A program made the position numbers and the translations under genes. The notes under the pieces were generated by a model that did no database searches, had not been told where the DNA came from, and was given only the letters and a program-made list of their open reading frames with translations. A DNA stretch of 64,000 nt, from the NCBI RefSeq assembly GCF_006345805.1, contig NC_043000.1, positions 56,048,001 through 56,112,000 on the forward strand, in the 5' to 3' direction. This document shows positions 25,026 to 37,816 of this stretch, piece after piece. The DNA comes from Octopus sinensis. Lineage: Eukaryota. The stretch's first letter is position 1. Each line of letters starts with the position of its first letter.

Positions 25026-26182
25026 ATGTTACAAAGTAAAAAGTGTAGAGGAAGGGCTTGTAAGGTCCATATGAACATGTACAAGAGTAAAGAGTAAAGA
25101 ATATATCATCTTATTTTCAAGCATATCACATCTAAAACTACATTCTTTAATGTATACTTCATAACTAATATTCAACCAATTAGCACTCCGTTGGTTATGA
25201 GAATGAGGGTTCTAGTTGATCCAATTGATGGAACATCCTGCTCGTGAAATTTACAAGCAAGTGGCTGAGGACTCCCACAGACACACATACCTATTTCATT
25301 ATTACCCACAAGGGCCTAAACATAGAGGAGACAAACAAGGACAGACAAATGGATTATGTCGATTACATCAACCCCAGCGCGTAACCGGTACTTAATTTAT
25401 CGACCCCGAAAGGATGAAAGGCAAAGTCGACCTCGGCGGAATTTGAACTCAGAACATAGCGGCAGACGAAATACTGCTAAGCATTTTGCCTGGACTGCTA
25501 ACGTTTCTGCCAGCTCACCCACAGACACACATACCCTTAACGTAGTTCTCAGAGAGATTTGAAATACAGGTACATTTCATTTTTGTGAGCTGAGTGAAAT
25601 GGATCAATGTGAAATAAAGTGTCTTGCTCAAGGATACAATGCATCACTGGGAATTGAATTCATGGCCTTACAGTTGAGAGCCTTAACCACTAAGCCATGC
25701 ATCTTTACTATTCAACCAATTAGTACTTCTGAATTATAGGAGTGTCATTATACTACTATTGTTGTGAGGGCTGTTTTTATTGTTTAACACCATGTCAGTT
25801 CTGATCAAGCAGATCGATGATTAAAACCATTCCAATATTTTACCTTTGTGGAGGAAATTTTAGACTATTTTATCAAACAATTCCCTTTCTAAGATGGGGC
25901 ATTATCTCACGGGTATTTGGTTATTATTTCTAAGAAGTAGAGCAAGCCTGGAGTGGCTCCCTTTGTTGGCTCAGGTGTGTGGGTGCTAGCATATTACATT
26001 TCAAAGTGTATTCATTCACAAAGGAAACTAAAATATAGTTTCAGTCAGGAACACATAATTACATTCGTTGTTTAACCCCAAGTAAGCAGCTATTGAACAA
26101 ACAAATGTTCCAAAGCATCACAGCCATGATCATCTGGTCTTTTTATTGTGTATGTATGGTAACATTATCCAATGTGTTCTTG

Positions 26183-26480
26183 GTGGAGGCACATGGAGGC
26201 CTAGTGGTTAGAGCAGAGGACTCACGGTCAAGGGATTGCGGATTCAATCTCAGACCAGGCGATGTGTGTGTTTATGAGCGAAACACCTAAGCTCCATGCG
26301 GCTCCAGCAGAAGATAATAGCGAACTTCTGCTGACTTTTTCGCCACAACTTTCTCTCACTCTTTCCTCCTGCATCTTGCAGCTCACCTGCAATGGACCAG
26401 CATCCTGTCCAGGTGGGGAACCTATATGCCAAGGAAACCAGGAAACCGGCCCTTATGAGCCAGGCATGGCTCAAGAAGGA
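26183..26480 (+). mobile_element. tRNA-derived SINE family C
   Basis: A-box-like ggcctagtggttagagc, B-box-like ggattcaatctc. A copy with a related head lies at 62214-62512. Confidence 0.75.
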
Positions 26481-27299
26481 CCAAAAAAATGTGTTCCTGC
26501 CTATTGCAAGACTGTAGGCTCTAATTTGAGGTAAATTTGGCTTCTATTTTTAAGACATTGAATAACCACATAAAGGTTTCATTGTTACAATTACAGTTTT
26601 CCCAGTCCGGTGTATATTTACTATTAAAGTATTTAACTGCTCAGGTAAGTTGTGCAAAGGATTTAGCAATATAGAGGTCTAAAAGGATCTTGATTTAATC
26701 TAATTTTCAATTACTTAATTTGTAACTCTATGCATAAATCAGAAACAGACAACATTGCTGCAATATTTCTAGGCCATTTCTTGGGAATCAGAAGCACTAT
26801 TAGCTGTTCTGTTTACAGAGATGACAGAAACATGAAAATATACTGTCTTTTGATAGAATTGTGATTAAAAAAATATATATAAAGCAAAAAAACAAAAACA
26901 ATATTCACTATATACAAGAGTAATTTTAGAAAGTTCCCCTGATCTGTAAAGTGAGTAACTGGAAAATTAATATAATTGTTTTCTTGCCTATGTTTATTTT
27001 TTTAATACTTTTTCACTCACTTTCTTGAAGAAAAAATTACATTTTGCAGCAAAATGTAACCTATGAAAATATATATAAAAAAACAAAAAGAAAAGCATAA
27101 AGTAAACAAGTTTAAAAAAAGCTCGACTCTTGAATCTATTTAGATTCAAATGACCTTAATTCTTAGACAGCTAGAAAGAAAGTTAATTCCTATAGCAGAA
27201 CAGAGTTTTTCTTTGAAGAATCTAAATATCACAGTTGGAGGCAATGAATATTTTACTCTCCAAAATGGTTCTATTAGCCTTAAACCAATTGAGCCAAAA

Positions 27300-27700
27300 T
27301 ATCGAAGTACCGAGCATCATATTGCCATTTTAATCTCTTTCTCTTTTTCCCTTATTTACTATTCCACGCTGAGAAATATTTTAAGTGTCAGAGGCTTGTT
27401 CTAGCGACATAGCAATTTCCTCGGCTTGTAACCGACAATTACTCTCCAAAGTCATTTCTTTAACTTGCCCTGAGGCCAGTTACATTTAATAGGATGAATA
27501 TAAATGACTGTAAATCTTCTTAGTCCCAACAACTATTTTACAATCTATTTTAGCCGACACATACAATTTCAAGTAAAATGATTTGCAAGCTACGCAATTT
27601 CTTTCGGCGATGGAGGATGGTAGGTATAGGTAGTCGGCACATTTATTTGGTGAAGCAGTTGAAATCTCAAAACAATACACAAGTAAGTTTATGTTAGAGA
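27300..27700. promoter_or_regulatory. CpG-retaining island, candidate promoter/first exon
   Basis: About 11 CpG in ~420 bp of unique sequence by hand count, versus about 2 per 660 bp in flanking unique DNA. Contains gcgATGG and GTAGGT/GTAAGT donor-like sites. Confidence 0.4.
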
Positions 27701-27741
27701 AAGATAACAATTACTAAATATTACTATTATAATATTATGTA

Positions 27742-27787
<46 letters not shown>

Positions 27788-27790
<3 letters not shown>

Positions 27791-28005
27791 TAGTTTTATT
27801 TTTATAGCGTGCTTTCACTTCACTACCGAGTGCAGTTCTGTGTGCCTTGGGTATGTGCTGTGATTTGTTGTGATGCTCTGATGGTTATTGTATGGAAAGT
27901 GTTCTGCGTAGGATGTGTGCAGTGCTTAGTAGTGCAATTTTCTGTATGTTATATGTGTTTGTAAGTTCTGGTGTTTTTGTTATGTATTTGTCTGAATATT
28001 TTTTT
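27788..28005 (-). mobile_element. R4/Dong-clade retrotransposon, short 3' fragment
   Basis: Near-identical to the 3' ends of the 29869 and 31108 copies. Embedded between (TAT)n arrays on both sides. Confidence 0.8.
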
Positions 28006-28043
28006 AATTTTTATTATTATTATTATTATCATTATTATCATTA

Positions 28044-28087
<44 letters not shown>

Positions 28088-28624
28088 GTTATTATTGGTT
28101 TCTAATATTCTTGTTGATGTTGTTGACAATGATGATATTAATATTATTATTATTATTATTTTATTTTATTTTTATTTTTATTATTACTATTATCATAATT
28201 TGCTTCTAATTTTCCTTGTTGCTGTCACTGAAAATGATGATATTATTATTATTTAAGATATCATACAGTATCCAGTATCATGATTGAAGATATCGTGTCT
28301 ACCAGGCGTTTGTACTGTCTGTCAACTAACAACAAGGACCCTAGACAGACAGTACTTTACTCAATATGCAAGCAGTTCCAAGTAATGCTGATTTTTGGTG
28401 GCAAACTAGCAGAACTGTTAGCATGCTGGGCAAAATGCTTAGCAGTATTTCATCTGTCTTAACGATCTGAGTTCAAACTCTGTTGAGGTCAACTTTGCCT
28501 TTCATCCTTTTGGGGTAGATAAAATAAGTATCAGTTGAGAACTGGGAACAATGTAATCAAGTAACACTCTCCTGCAAAATTTCAGGGCCTATGCCTATAG
28601 TAGAAAGGATTATAGTAATTATTA

Positions 28625-28835
28625 TTTATTGTCTTTGCACAACTTCTATCACTGGAGATGTACTACAGTGCCAGCTATTCACTACCAGTGAACTAAGGTT
28701 ATTTTTCAAGCACCATCTGGAATATTCAAGCGGTTCCAAGCAGTGTTGTTTTCTGCAAGTGCTCCACCCTTATTGCAGCCCCTATTTGTTCCATGACTTC
28801 TCAAGATTTTTACTCACTGTTCCCAGGGCTCTAAC
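28625..28835 (-). mobile_element. RLE-LINE 3' fragment (second Dong-like subfamily)
   Basis: IVRALGTVSKNLEK, then a frameshifted LQKTLLGTARILR-like tail. (TAT)n on both sides. Confidence 0.65.
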
Positions 28836-28836
28836 A

Positions 28837-28880
<44 letters not shown>

Positions 28881-29114
28881 CATCATCATCATCATCCTGG
28901 TTAATATTATCATTTGAGTACAGAACAAAATATCTTGCAAGTCTTGTTCCAATGATTTTTCATTCTGAGTTCATATCTTGATGATGTCAACTTTGTCTTT
29001 CATCCTCCTTGTTCCATAAATTTATCTCTTGGTGTAATATTATTGAATGGATTACATTAGCTACACTCTTCTTCAAAATGTGACCATATATATTAGACAT
29101 ATTTGGTATATTAA

Positions 29115-29336
29115 CCCTTTCGTTACCAACCCAGCTGAAACCAGCTCTGGCTCTGAGTACAAATGTCTTGTTTTCATAAGTTTTGAATTAAAATCTTCCA
29201 AAAATCATCTTAGTCACAATTTATGTTCCCAACACTAGCTGAATGATAACTAAATTATTTTACTAAATTCTTTGTTATATTTAAAGTAATTGAAAGAAAC
29301 ACTGAGCATCTCAAAATAAATACAGTAACGAAAGGG
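29115..29336. mobile_element. TTAA-flanked (piggyBac-like) MITE, same family as 18711
   Basis: TTAA-CCCTTTCGTTAC ... GTAACGAAAGGG-TTAA. Confidence 0.8.
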
Positions 29337-29565
29337 TTAACAAAATTATATTTGTAAATAGTTACATGGTTTGCTGTAGTGGAAAATAAATTTGCTTCAC
29401 AAGCAAGAAGTTTTATGACATGGCTTCTCAAATACGTATCTTCTATTATACTATAGACTTATTTTATTGTGTGCATGTATGTGTGTGTGTGTACTCACAC
29501 ACAAACACACATATTATCATCATCATCCTGATTATTATTATTACTATTATTATATTATTATTATT

Positions 29566-29845
29566 CGTGTCTCACAGCATTTGTTGCTGGTGGTAATATT
29601 GTTGCCAATTGTCCACAACCAGTTAACTGCAGTTGCATCTTCCATTGTCAAGCACTTCTCTAAGTGTTCTAGCACTTCCACGGAATGTTGTTTTCTGTTA
29701 GTGCTCCACTCTAATGTTGTCCCGTATTTTCTTAAATAGTTCTCAATTCTGGTCTTCACAGTACCAAGTGCCCTAACAACAACAGGGACCACCTCAACCT
29801 TTTCCATTGCCCACAAATATTTTATTTCACATACTCGTAATTCAA
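29566..29845 (-). mobile_element. RLE-LINE 3' fragment (second Dong-like subfamily)
   Basis: MWAMEKVEVVPVVVRALGTVKTRIENYLRK. (TAT)n on both sides. Confidence 0.7.
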
Positions 29846-29868
29846 TTATTATTATTATTATTATTATT

Positions 29869-30389
29869 CAGTAGTTTATTTTTATTGCGTGCTTTCACTT
29901 CACTACCGAGCACAGCTCTGTGTGCTTTGGGTATGTGCTGTGGTTTGTTGTGATGCTCTTATGGTTACTGTATTGAAAGTGTTTTGCGTAGGATGTGTGC
30001 AGTGCCCAGTAGTACAATTTTCTGTATGTTATATATATTTGTAAGTCCTGGTGTTTTTGTTATGTATTTGTCGGGATACTTTTTTATCATACCTAATGCA
30101 CCTACTATGATAGGAATTGTTTCTGTTTTTAGATTCCACATTTGAGTTACCTCTATTTCCCAGTCTTTGTAGTTTGAAAGTTTCTCCATTTCTTTTAGAG
30201 AAATGTTGTCATCTGCTGGTATTTATACATAAATTAGAAAGCATTTTTTTTCTTCATGATCTCTGACAACTATATCAGGCCTATTGGTCTTAATTTCTCT
30301 ATCTGTATGTATTGGCATATCCCAGAGTATGGTTGCTTTCTCGTTTTCTGTGACCTTTTCTGGTGTGTGCCTATACCATCTTTTTTCTG

Positions 30390-30390
<1 letters not shown>
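29869..30390 (-). mobile_element. R4/Dong-clade retrotransposon 3' fragment (RLE domain)
   Basis: ATILWDMPIHTDREIKTNRPDIVVRDHEEKKCFLI...EKLSNYKDWEIEVTQMWNLKTETIPIIVGALG...QKIVLLGTAHILRKTL is a PD-(D/E)xK RLE. Flanked by (TAT)n and (CAT)n. Confidence 0.85.
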
Positions 30391-30424
<34 letters not shown>

Positions 30425-30769
30425 TAAGGTGGCAAGCTGGCAGAATCATTAGCATGCCAGGTGAAATCCTTAGTGGCATTTCATCCATCTTTACATTTTG
30501 AGTTCAAATTCCATTTAGGTTGACTTTGCCTTTCGTCTTTTGGGGTTGATAAAATAAGTACCAGTCAAGCACTGGAGTCAATGAAATTTTACTTGTCCCC
30601 ACTTATATGAAATTACTGGCCTTGTGCCAAAATTTGAAACTATTGTTATTATTATTATTATTATTATAATAAAAGAATTAATTATTTTAAATAAAAGAAT
30701 TAATTATTATTATTATTATAGATGTCACACAATATTGTGATGTTGTTGATTAAACATATTATGTCTACA

Positions 30770-31085
30770 GGGAGTTTGTAGTGTTTATCAAGTTACAACA
30801 AGAATCTCAGCTAGACAATACTTTACGCAATATGCATGCAGTTCCAAATAATGCTAACATTTGTTATACACCTACATTGTAGGGTCTTTCTTAAGTTTTC
30901 AGATGTTTTTTTTTTCTTTTTGGATTGGGTGGCATTGAACCCAATACTCCAAAGACAATAAGGATAACCTTTATGTTTGACTCTCGTAGCTGCCACATCT
31001 TAGCAATCTCAATTCTCAGGTCTCCATATTTATCAACCTCCTGGCACTGCCATGTCAATTATTAGGCACTCTTGTTTGTCCCTCC
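30770..31085 (-). mobile_element. RLE-LINE 3' fragment (third subfamily)
   Basis: CLIIDMAVP...DKYGDLRIEIAKMWQL...GVLG...ALFGTACILRKVL. A related 3' tip lies at ~28310-28395. Confidence 0.65.
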
Positions 31086-31107
31086 TAAGGTTACTATAAT
31101 TATCATT

Positions 31108-32668
31108 CAGTAGTATTATTTTTATCACGTGCTTTCACTGCACTACCGAGCACAACTCTGTGCCTTGGGTATGTGCTGTGGTTTGTTGTGATGCTCTTGT
31201 TAATGTATTCAAAGTGTTTTACATAAGATGTGTGTGGTGCCTAGTAGTGCTATTTTCTGTATGTTATATATATTTGTTAGTCCTGATGTTTTTGTTATGT
31301 TTTGTCAGAATATTTTTTTATCATACCTAATGCACCTATTATGATAGGAATTGTTTCTGTTTTTGGATTCCACATTTGAGTTACCTCTATATTCAAGTCT
31401 TTGTATTTTGAAAGTTTCTCCATTTCTTTTAGAGAAATGATGTCATCTGTTCGTCTTGATACATCGATTAGAAAGCATTTTTTTCTTGATGATCTCTGAC
31501 AATCATATCTGACCTATTGTCCTTAATTTCTCTAACTGCGTGTATTGGTTACTTTCTCTTTTTCTGTGACATTTTCTGGCATGTGCCTATACACTCTTTT
31601 TTCTGTTGTTATTCCATAGTATTGGCATAGCTTCCAGTGTATATAAGTCCCAACTCTGTCGTATCTGTGAATATATTCCTTCTTAGCCAGGAATGGGCAG
31701 CCAGAGACAATATGGTTTATTGTTTTTTGTCCATCTCCACATATCCTGCAGTTACTTATGTTTTGGGTAATTTCTGGTGGGGAGGCTTTGGTCTTGTGCT
31801 GCAATTAAAAATCTTTCAGTCTCTGCTTTGAGTCCTAGGCTTCTCAACCATTGTTGGGATTTTGCTTTGTCTATTTCTTTCGAGTTTAGTTTAACCCAGT
31901 ATTTGCCATGAAGGGGCTTTTCTTGCTATTGTTTTATCATGATCTATTGCTATTCCAGTTTTAGCTTGAATTTCAGTCGTTTTACAGCTTTTGCTTCTTC
32001 TTTTTCTTCATAGTTGTTAGGTAGTATGACTTCTTTTTTATATTTGTCAGCTTCCTTAAAGACTGAAAACAGTTTTTTGCTTTGTTCGTGTTTTGTGGCT
32101 ATTTGTATTAGTTTTCCTTGCTTCTGAAGTAGGTATTTTTGTAGTCCTATGGTGGTTATTTTGTAATAGTCTTCTAGCTGTATAAGGCCTCTACTACCTT
32201 TGATATATTGTATATATAACCTTTCTAAGTCAGATTTTGGGTGGCGCATCCAAAATCTTGTCATTATTTTTCTTGTTTTCCTGTCTATTTTGATTAGTTC
32301 ATTTAGTGTTCAGTTAAGGATATTGTAGCAGTAACTTATAACTGGGACAGCTAAAGTATTGATACCTATTATCTTGTTTTTCACATTGAGCTTTGTTTTC
32401 AGTATCAATCTAACTCATCTATAGTATTCTTTTTCTACTTTCTCTTTCATTTGTGTGTGTTGTATCATATCTAGTTCATTGATTCCTAAATATTTGTATG
32501 TCTGGCTTTGGTCTAATTCTCTTATTTCATTTGCTTTATCTAGTGTGATGTTGCTACTCCTAACTAGTTTTCCTCTTTTCAAGTTTGCTTTGGTACATTT
32601 TTCTAAGCCAAATTTCATGTTTATTTCTTTGGTAAATCCATGTACTGTCTGTAGTAATGTTTCCAGCC
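31108..32668 (-). mobile_element. R4/Dong-clade non-LTR retrotransposon, 5'-truncated 1.56-kb copy (RT C-terminus, CCHC, RLE)
   Basis: Minus-strand peptides KFGLEKCTK and YKYLGI (RT end), HPKSDLERLYI, CRICGD...INHIVSGCP (CCHC), and an RLE C-terminus WNPKTETIPIIIGALGMIK. The 3' UTR ends ...ctactg-aat; the 5' end abuts the long (TAT/CAT)n at 32670-32822. Confidence 0.85.
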
Positions 32669-32669
32669 T

Positions 32670-32756
32670 ATATTATTATTATTATCATCATCATCATCAT
32701 TATTATTATTATCATTATTATCATTATTATTATTATTATCATTATTATTATTATTA

Positions 32757-32803
<47 letters not shown>

Positions 32804-32822
32804 TATATAATAATAATAATAT
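32670..32822. repeat. (TAT)n/(CAT)n trinucleotide array
   Basis: Directly visible; source of the poly-Y/poly-I pseudo-ORFs. Confidence 0.95.
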
Positions 32823-35800
32823 TAAAATGGCGAATGACAGAATTGTTAGTACATCAGACAAAATGCTTATCAACATTTCATCCATCTTTATGTTGAGTTC
32901 AAATTCCAACATGGTTAACTTTGTTCTTCATCCTTTTGGGGAGCTCAATAAAATAAGTGCCATTGAGATTCAAATCCCACCAAGATCAACATTGCTGTTA
33001 CCCTTTCGGAAAATCAGTAAAATAAAATAGCCTGTCAAGTACTGGGTTATCAACCAAACTTTTTCCCTCACTATTACAGACTTTGAGCCTAAATTAGTAA
33101 CCATTATCAGCAGCAGCAGCAGCAGCAGCAACAACCACTAGCATTGTTCTTGCTGTTGTTATTGTACTTCTTCTGACAGTTAGGAAGTATTTACCACAAA
33201 TAAGTTGTGCTTGAAACATAACTATAATTTAGGAATCAATGAACTAGAATAAGCAATTCAATCAGCGATTTCTATCCTCAGAGAACCTACTTGCCTTCAC
33301 TAAAAAGAAAGACTTTTCATTATTGTTATTATTATTATTATTATTTTTATTATTATTATTAATATCATAGTGATAGAGATGGCTTATGGGGAAAAGAAAT
33401 AGCTAAACAGTTTTCACACTTTTCAGTTCAAAACCTATGTAGATTACACTTTTTATTTATTTATTATTATTTTTTTTCTCAGCAATTCATTTTCCAGCAA
33501 TATGTCCATTAACAGCAAGACCATACAACTGCTATCATCTTCTAGTGGAGTCTTTCTGCTGCAAGACTAGCAGGATTATTGTTAACCAAATACAAATACC
33601 AAATACAATAGGGAATGAGTAAAATATCTTGTGGTACACTAAGAACTTGAGATAGGTTTCAACCTTATAAGACTTTGTCAGTAATGTATAAGACAACAGT
33701 GACTGCTAAATGTTAAATAGACAAGAAGGATACAGAGTTTCTGTTGTGTGAGTTTGTGTATGTAATAACTTTATAAGAATGACTACAGAACATTAACCAG
33801 AATTTGTCTGATGTATGAATCATAAAAGTAAAATAGAAGTTATCATATTTGATATAGTAAGCCAAAATTTGTTATTTGATGAATTACACTGGGTAACAAA
33901 ATTATTATTATTATTTTTTTGTGTGTGTGTGTGTTTGGTCTGTAAGTGTTATTTCCTATTTACTTCTATGTAGATATCAAAAGAAATGACTACTATCCCC
34001 TTCAAACTTTGCTTTTTTGACCTGGAAATCAATGTTTTCAAACTGACCTATTTTCTGTTACATTTCACACAAATTCATCACTGAGTTGCTGAAGCAGAAA
34101 TATCCTTTTCTACTGTAGGCACAGGCCCGAAACTTTTTGGGTGGGGGTCAGTTGATTAGATCAACCCCAGTATGCAACTGGTACTCAATTTAGTGACCCC
34201 GAAAGGATGAAAGGCAAAGTTGACCTCGGCGAAATTTGAACTCAGAACGTAAAGACAGATGAAATACCGCTAAGCATTTTGCCCAGCGTTCTATAGCATA
34301 TATTCCACTCAGTACCACAGATTTGCTTGTTAGTTGCTTGACCTTAACCACATGAGTATGTCCCTTAGTGGCTGACAATATGTGCATCTCTGATCAAGTG
34401 CAGGAATAGTGAGGTAGCACCATAGAGGGATTCCTTGGGGTTTGAATAAATGTAAGAAAAGCAAAGTTTGATGGAAATATTAGCTATCTTTCGTACTTTC
34501 AAGCGGTAAGCAAATAAGAACAAACAGTTGCTATCCAACAACAAAAATCATGTTATGCATAGTTATAATTCCACATTAATTTTAAAAAAATAACTTATAT
34601 TCAGTAAATTTTTGGAGTTGTCAAACATATGCTTTTTATACCAGAATTATTTGCTAGATAATAATAGTTCTTAAACTATCTACTTACTTTTCTATTTGTT
34701 TCAGCCACCAGCTGGCAGCCATGGTTGAATACTACTTTGAAAAATCTAGTCGATCACATCAAATTCACCTCAGAACTTATTTTAATAGTATTTTCTCCAT
34801 TAGTTCTGTTTGTCAAACTCCGAGGCATTTTTTACCTCTCTCTAGAGGTAAAAAGTGGGTTTGCATTTGGCCAAAATCTCTACCTTAAAAACAGCAAATT
34901 TATAGAACCATCGATGACAATTTAAAACAAGCAAAACTTGGGAGAAATAAAAAAGACAGGCCAGAGTCGAGAAAAGAGAAGGGAAATCCTCAATGGCCTA
35001 TGCTCCCTAAGGAGCAAAGGGTCTGAGCAGAAGAACACTCTATAAAGTAATTGATGATAGAAGGACATTGGCAAAATTTATACTTTCAAGTTTCCCCTCT
35101 CCACACTAATGACAGCACTCACAGGAAGGGCAAGAGGCAATACAGCTTGGCACCAGTGTCATTGCAGAAGCTGCCAGAATGAAGTTAATGAGAATGTCAG
35201 ATTACCTTAGAGATTCTTGATTTGTAACCAATTAAATCTAAATTGGCAGCAGTACTTCATCAGCACTGGTGCTTTTTCCTTTTTCAGTGTCATGACCATC
35301 ATAACAATCAACATTTGAATGATAAACATAAAATTGAGTGCCACAACTGGGTAATGGTGGTGGTGATGTTGTTTGTGGTGATGGCATGAGGGAGCATTAG
35401 TAGCAGTAGAAGTGACAGCATTAGTTGCAGCAACAGAAGCAGCAATGGAAGTAGAATATGAAGATGCCGCAAAGTACAACAATTGGTAATGAAAGTGATG
35501 AGGATGGGGAATAATGCTGGTACTGATGATTACAATGACAATAACAATGACAAGCTGGTGATGATGATGATGACGATGACAACAAAGATGATGATGATGA
35601 AAAGGAGGAAGACAATGATGATGGCAACAATGATAAAGGTGATGATTACAATAACTTTGAAGAATATTCTCTCCCCACCACCATCACCTCCACCACTGTC
35701 TTCGGCTGTGAAACTATGCAACTTATATTGAATTATCCTCCTTTACAACTACGATTTATGGTTATCACCAGATGTTTGGTTAAGATAAAGTTTTTACAGT

Positions 35801-36166
35801 ATAAAATATATATATATATAAAGAACTAGCATCTTGGGGATTTAATAAAATCTATATAAACTAAAATCAATGAATTTGATGAGAACTAAACAAATAATTA
35901 AAAAAATAATTAAAAAATTCTAAGTGCAAAAAAAACAGAATGGTTGTTTTTTTTACCAATTCTTTTCTGTGACCATCTTTTTTCATCTTAAAGTAATTTA
36001 TTTCAGTGTGAAAATAAAAATAATACATCAATATATTTATTTCTTTAAATTTATTTTTATTAAATTATACTATTTACTTCATTTTTTTAATCATATTTTT
36101 TCCTGTTTTTCTTATCATTATTATCATTATTTTATTTTTTTCTTTCTTCTTAATGATTATTTGGGA

Positions 36167-36319
36167 TCAAAATTTTGAGACTGCCAGCAAAATGTTCTTC
36201 AAAGCAGATTTTGCCTCAGAAGCTTCGAATATATCTAAGGCTTCCAATGCCTCTTGTTTGAATTCGCGTGATTGTTCTTTGCACTCTGCCAGTATTCTGT
36301 CATCTATCAGGTTCAAAAC
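36167..36319 (-). CDS. PDSS2: Terminal coding exon of decaprenyl-diphosphate synthase subunit 2 (PDSS2)
   Basis: Minus strand has a strong acceptor (tcttttttctctttatttctcttcatatatag) followed by a phase-0, 153-nt frame VLNLIDDRILAECKEQSREFKQEALEALDIFEASEAKSALKNILLAVSKF-TGA. This matches the PDSS2 C-terminus from memory (human ...[28 protein letters not shown]). An AT-rich 3'UTR with AATAAA-like signals follows at ~36000-36160. Confidence 0.85.
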   Translation of the reverse strand, partial: VLNLIDDRILAECKEQSREFKQEALEALDIFEASEAKSALKNILLAVSKF

Positions 36320-36544
36320 CTATATATGAAGAGAAATAAAGAGAAAAAAGACAGAAGAAATAAGTAATCAGCAACAACAATAACAGTAATGATAATAATA
36401 AGTATCAATCACATTTTGAGTAAGTGCAGTATACAAGCACAAAAAGAGTATAAAGTGCAAACATGATTGTGTATGTAAAAGAGTGCATTGAGATATTAGC
36501 CATTAGCTGAGTGTGTGTATGTGTGGCTCCAGGACAATAGAAAA

Positions 36545-37215
36545 CTAGTGACAACACAAACCAGGCTGTGATAGGAAAATGATAATTACAAGATTTTGTG
36601 GGACTTTGCCATAAAAACTGGCGACACTATTCAAGCAAGAAGATCAGATATAATTATAAAATAAACAGTGTAAGGTTATAGATTTTGCAATTCCCTATGA
36701 TAGCAGATGGATTCCAAAGAAACTGAAAAAATTGAGAAATATCAGGATCAAGCCAGAATACTGAAGAGACTCTTGAAGACCAAGATAACAATTATTCCTT
36801 GGCACAACACTCAGAATGTTACCCAAAGGACTGAAAGAAATTCCTCAAAATGCTATCTAAAAGACTGAAAGAAACCAGAAGCTGTGATGGAGAATGACAA
36901 TTACTAGATCTTGTGGGACTTCATCATAAAGACTAACCACACTATTCAGGCAAGAAGGCCAGATATGATTATAGAAGACAGTAAACAGTGTAAGGTCATA
37001 GATTTTGCAATTTCCTATGATAGTAAAGTCAATACAAAAAAGAGGAAAAAAACTGAAAAATTGAGTAACTATTCCTGTAGAGATTGGTGCACTTGGCACA
37101 ACACTTAAAATGCTACCTAAAATATTGAAAGAAATTAGAATTGAAACTTGTGTCGTTGACCTGTAGAAAAGTACCATTCTATATTCTGCATGAATTCTAA
37201 GAAAGATTCTTGAGT
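36545..37215 (+). mobile_element. Tandem pair of RLE-domain fragments of an R4/Dong-like LINE
   Basis: Two head-to-tail units encoding ILWDF.IKT..TIQARRPDMII...CKVIDFAI.YD. The second ends with IGALGT.LKMLPK and STILYSA.IL.KILEF. Adjacent to (AAT)-rich tracts. Confidence 0.7.
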
Positions 37216-37816
37216 TTTGCAGAGATTGTTGTCATCAAACCTCAAAATAAATTACCAGCTAGCTAAATTAGCATGCACTAGCAAAATAATACTAATAATC
37301 ATTTCTATTATAGGCACAAGGCTTGAAATTTGTAGTGGGGAACTGGTTGATTACATTGATCCCTGTGTGCAACTGGTACTTATTTTATTAACCCCAAAAA
37401 TGAACTCAGAATGAAAAGAACTGGAAGAAGTGCTTAGTAGGATTTTCTTCAGTAAGTTAACAAGTCTACCAGGCAGCTGCCTTCATAATAACAATAATGG
37501 TTTCAATTGTTGGCACAAGGTCAGCAATTTCAGCAGAGGAGATGAGTCAAATATGTCGACCCCATTACTCAACTGGTACTTATTTTATCAACCCAGAAAA
37601 ATAAAAGGCAAAGCCGACCTCTGCAGAATTTGAACTCAGGATGTAAAGATGGACTAAATACCACTAAGCATTTTGCCCAGCATGTTAACAATTCTGCCAA
37701 CTTGCTGCCTTTTCCATAATAATGATTATAACAAGAATTTCTCATATAGGTTCAAGGCCACAAAGTTTTGTAAAAATTATATTGTTGATTATATTGACTC
37801 AAGTACATAGTACATA

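Noticed and set aside
35207-35731. ORFs rich in His/Met/Ser runs
   Set aside because: Translations of degenerate (GAT)/(CAG)/(GGT) trinucleotide low-complexity DNA.
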